Below, piece by piece: positions 63,005 through 64,000 of a stretch of 64,000 nt of DNA (positions within the stretch are counted from its first letter, which is position 1; each line of letters begins with the position of its first letter). Position numbers and translations under genes: made by a program. Location: assembly GCF_006345805.1 (NCBI RefSeq), contig NC_043009.1, positions 12,400,001 through 12,464,000 of the forward strand, read 5' to 3'. The notes under the pieces were generated by a model. It ran no database searches and was not told the DNA's origin. It was given only the letters and a program-made list of their open reading frames with translations. Source of the stretch: Octopus sinensis. Lineage: Eukaryota.

Positions 63005-64000
63005 TAGAATGGTGAGTCACTGAAATACAGTGCAGTACTAATTACATGCATAGTATTGTTTATTCTTTTAGCAGAAACACCATCATCTGGTGCCTCTTTT
63101 TAAGGAACCACTTTAATTCCATTTAGCATTGATCACAGCTAGGGAGAAGATATTCTTCAATGACAAGCGTTTCAAATACAACAGGCAAGGGAGGGTTTAT
63201 ATTCTCTGGAAATTTAACATGCTGTCTGTCAGATATTTTTACTAATATTCCGTTCTGTTTGTGCTATGTGACATATAATCTTATTCCCTTCCTGATCCAA
63301 ATTTCGTCTGAAACCGCTAAGTGTTTCCCATGTGTCGTATTGGCTCTTTGTTGATCATACGAAGTGCTGCGAATTGCATTTCATGCAGTGGGGAGGCTGT
63401 TTTCACCTCAGAAAAGATGGGTTACTCTTTATATAAAATGAGTTCTTCCTCAACGAAGAGCATCACCTTTTCGTATGAGACACTCTCGTGATGTTTTATG
63501 GCCTTTTCGGTTTGTTCTTTCGTTCTTTTGCCATATATATTTTCTTTATTTGTACAAAAAAGTCTGCCTTTTCCCTTGGCTTCACTCTGCTCTCCATTCT
63601 GATCGGTCAATGGAAGTAATACTGTTACGAAGAGGTAATTCCTATCTGTTTAAGTCTTGCAGCTTTTGTTGCCGAGTGTGACTCAATGTCTCCGCTGGTT
63701 TGGGCTGACAGAGATGTTCGTGAGTTTTCTGATTAATTCATGATAATAAGGACAGACAGTTTTTTTTCATTTTTCTCTTTTTTTTTTGACGATTCCATAG
63801 ATGTATTCGGTACCGCCTTGGGATTAACAACCGATTTGTTGTCGTTGCTGCTTTTGATCAGTTAATCATTCTGAGCAGGAAACTCTTAGATGGCTTTTAC
63901 CTCCAGATGTATAGCAGCTGGGTTTTCTATCCTGGATACTGAGTTTCAAAGCCTACCTCTCATCAGCATTTACAGACACAATTCTGATATTGCATTGTGG

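Overview
AT-rich, microsatellite-dense eukaryotic DNA. The SINE, LINE and transposon content is typical of an octopus (cephalopod) genome; that assignment is inferred from repeat recognition, not from a database search. One 100-N gap lies at 44773-44872. The ORF track is dominated by microsatellite and transposon artefacts, but reading splice sites by hand reveals a cluster of three paralogous multi-exon genes. Paralog 1 (+) has only its last exon in the window (2951-3170, acidic 9-aa repeats). Paralog 2 (+) has 8 phase-compatible exons from 18378 to 44212, encoding a signal peptide, PAN/apple domain, 4-Cys EGF-like module, sushi/CCP domain, two degenerate 4-Cys modules and a Ser/Thr/Glu-rich tail built from duplicated 108-nt exons. 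Paralog 3 (-, convergent) has exons at 61508-61654, 59771-59932, 57170-57248 and 50928-51051 and continues beyond the window. Splice flanks are well conserved between paralogs while exon interiors are strongly diverged. Introns and intergenic DNA hold three tRNA-derived SINE families, RTE, R4/Dong and Penelope-like retroelement fragments, and mariner, maT, pogo, piggyBac and Helitron remnants. There are also at least seven type-I hammerhead-ribozyme-like motifs and several long inverted repeats. No tRNA, rRNA or CRISPR features are supported.
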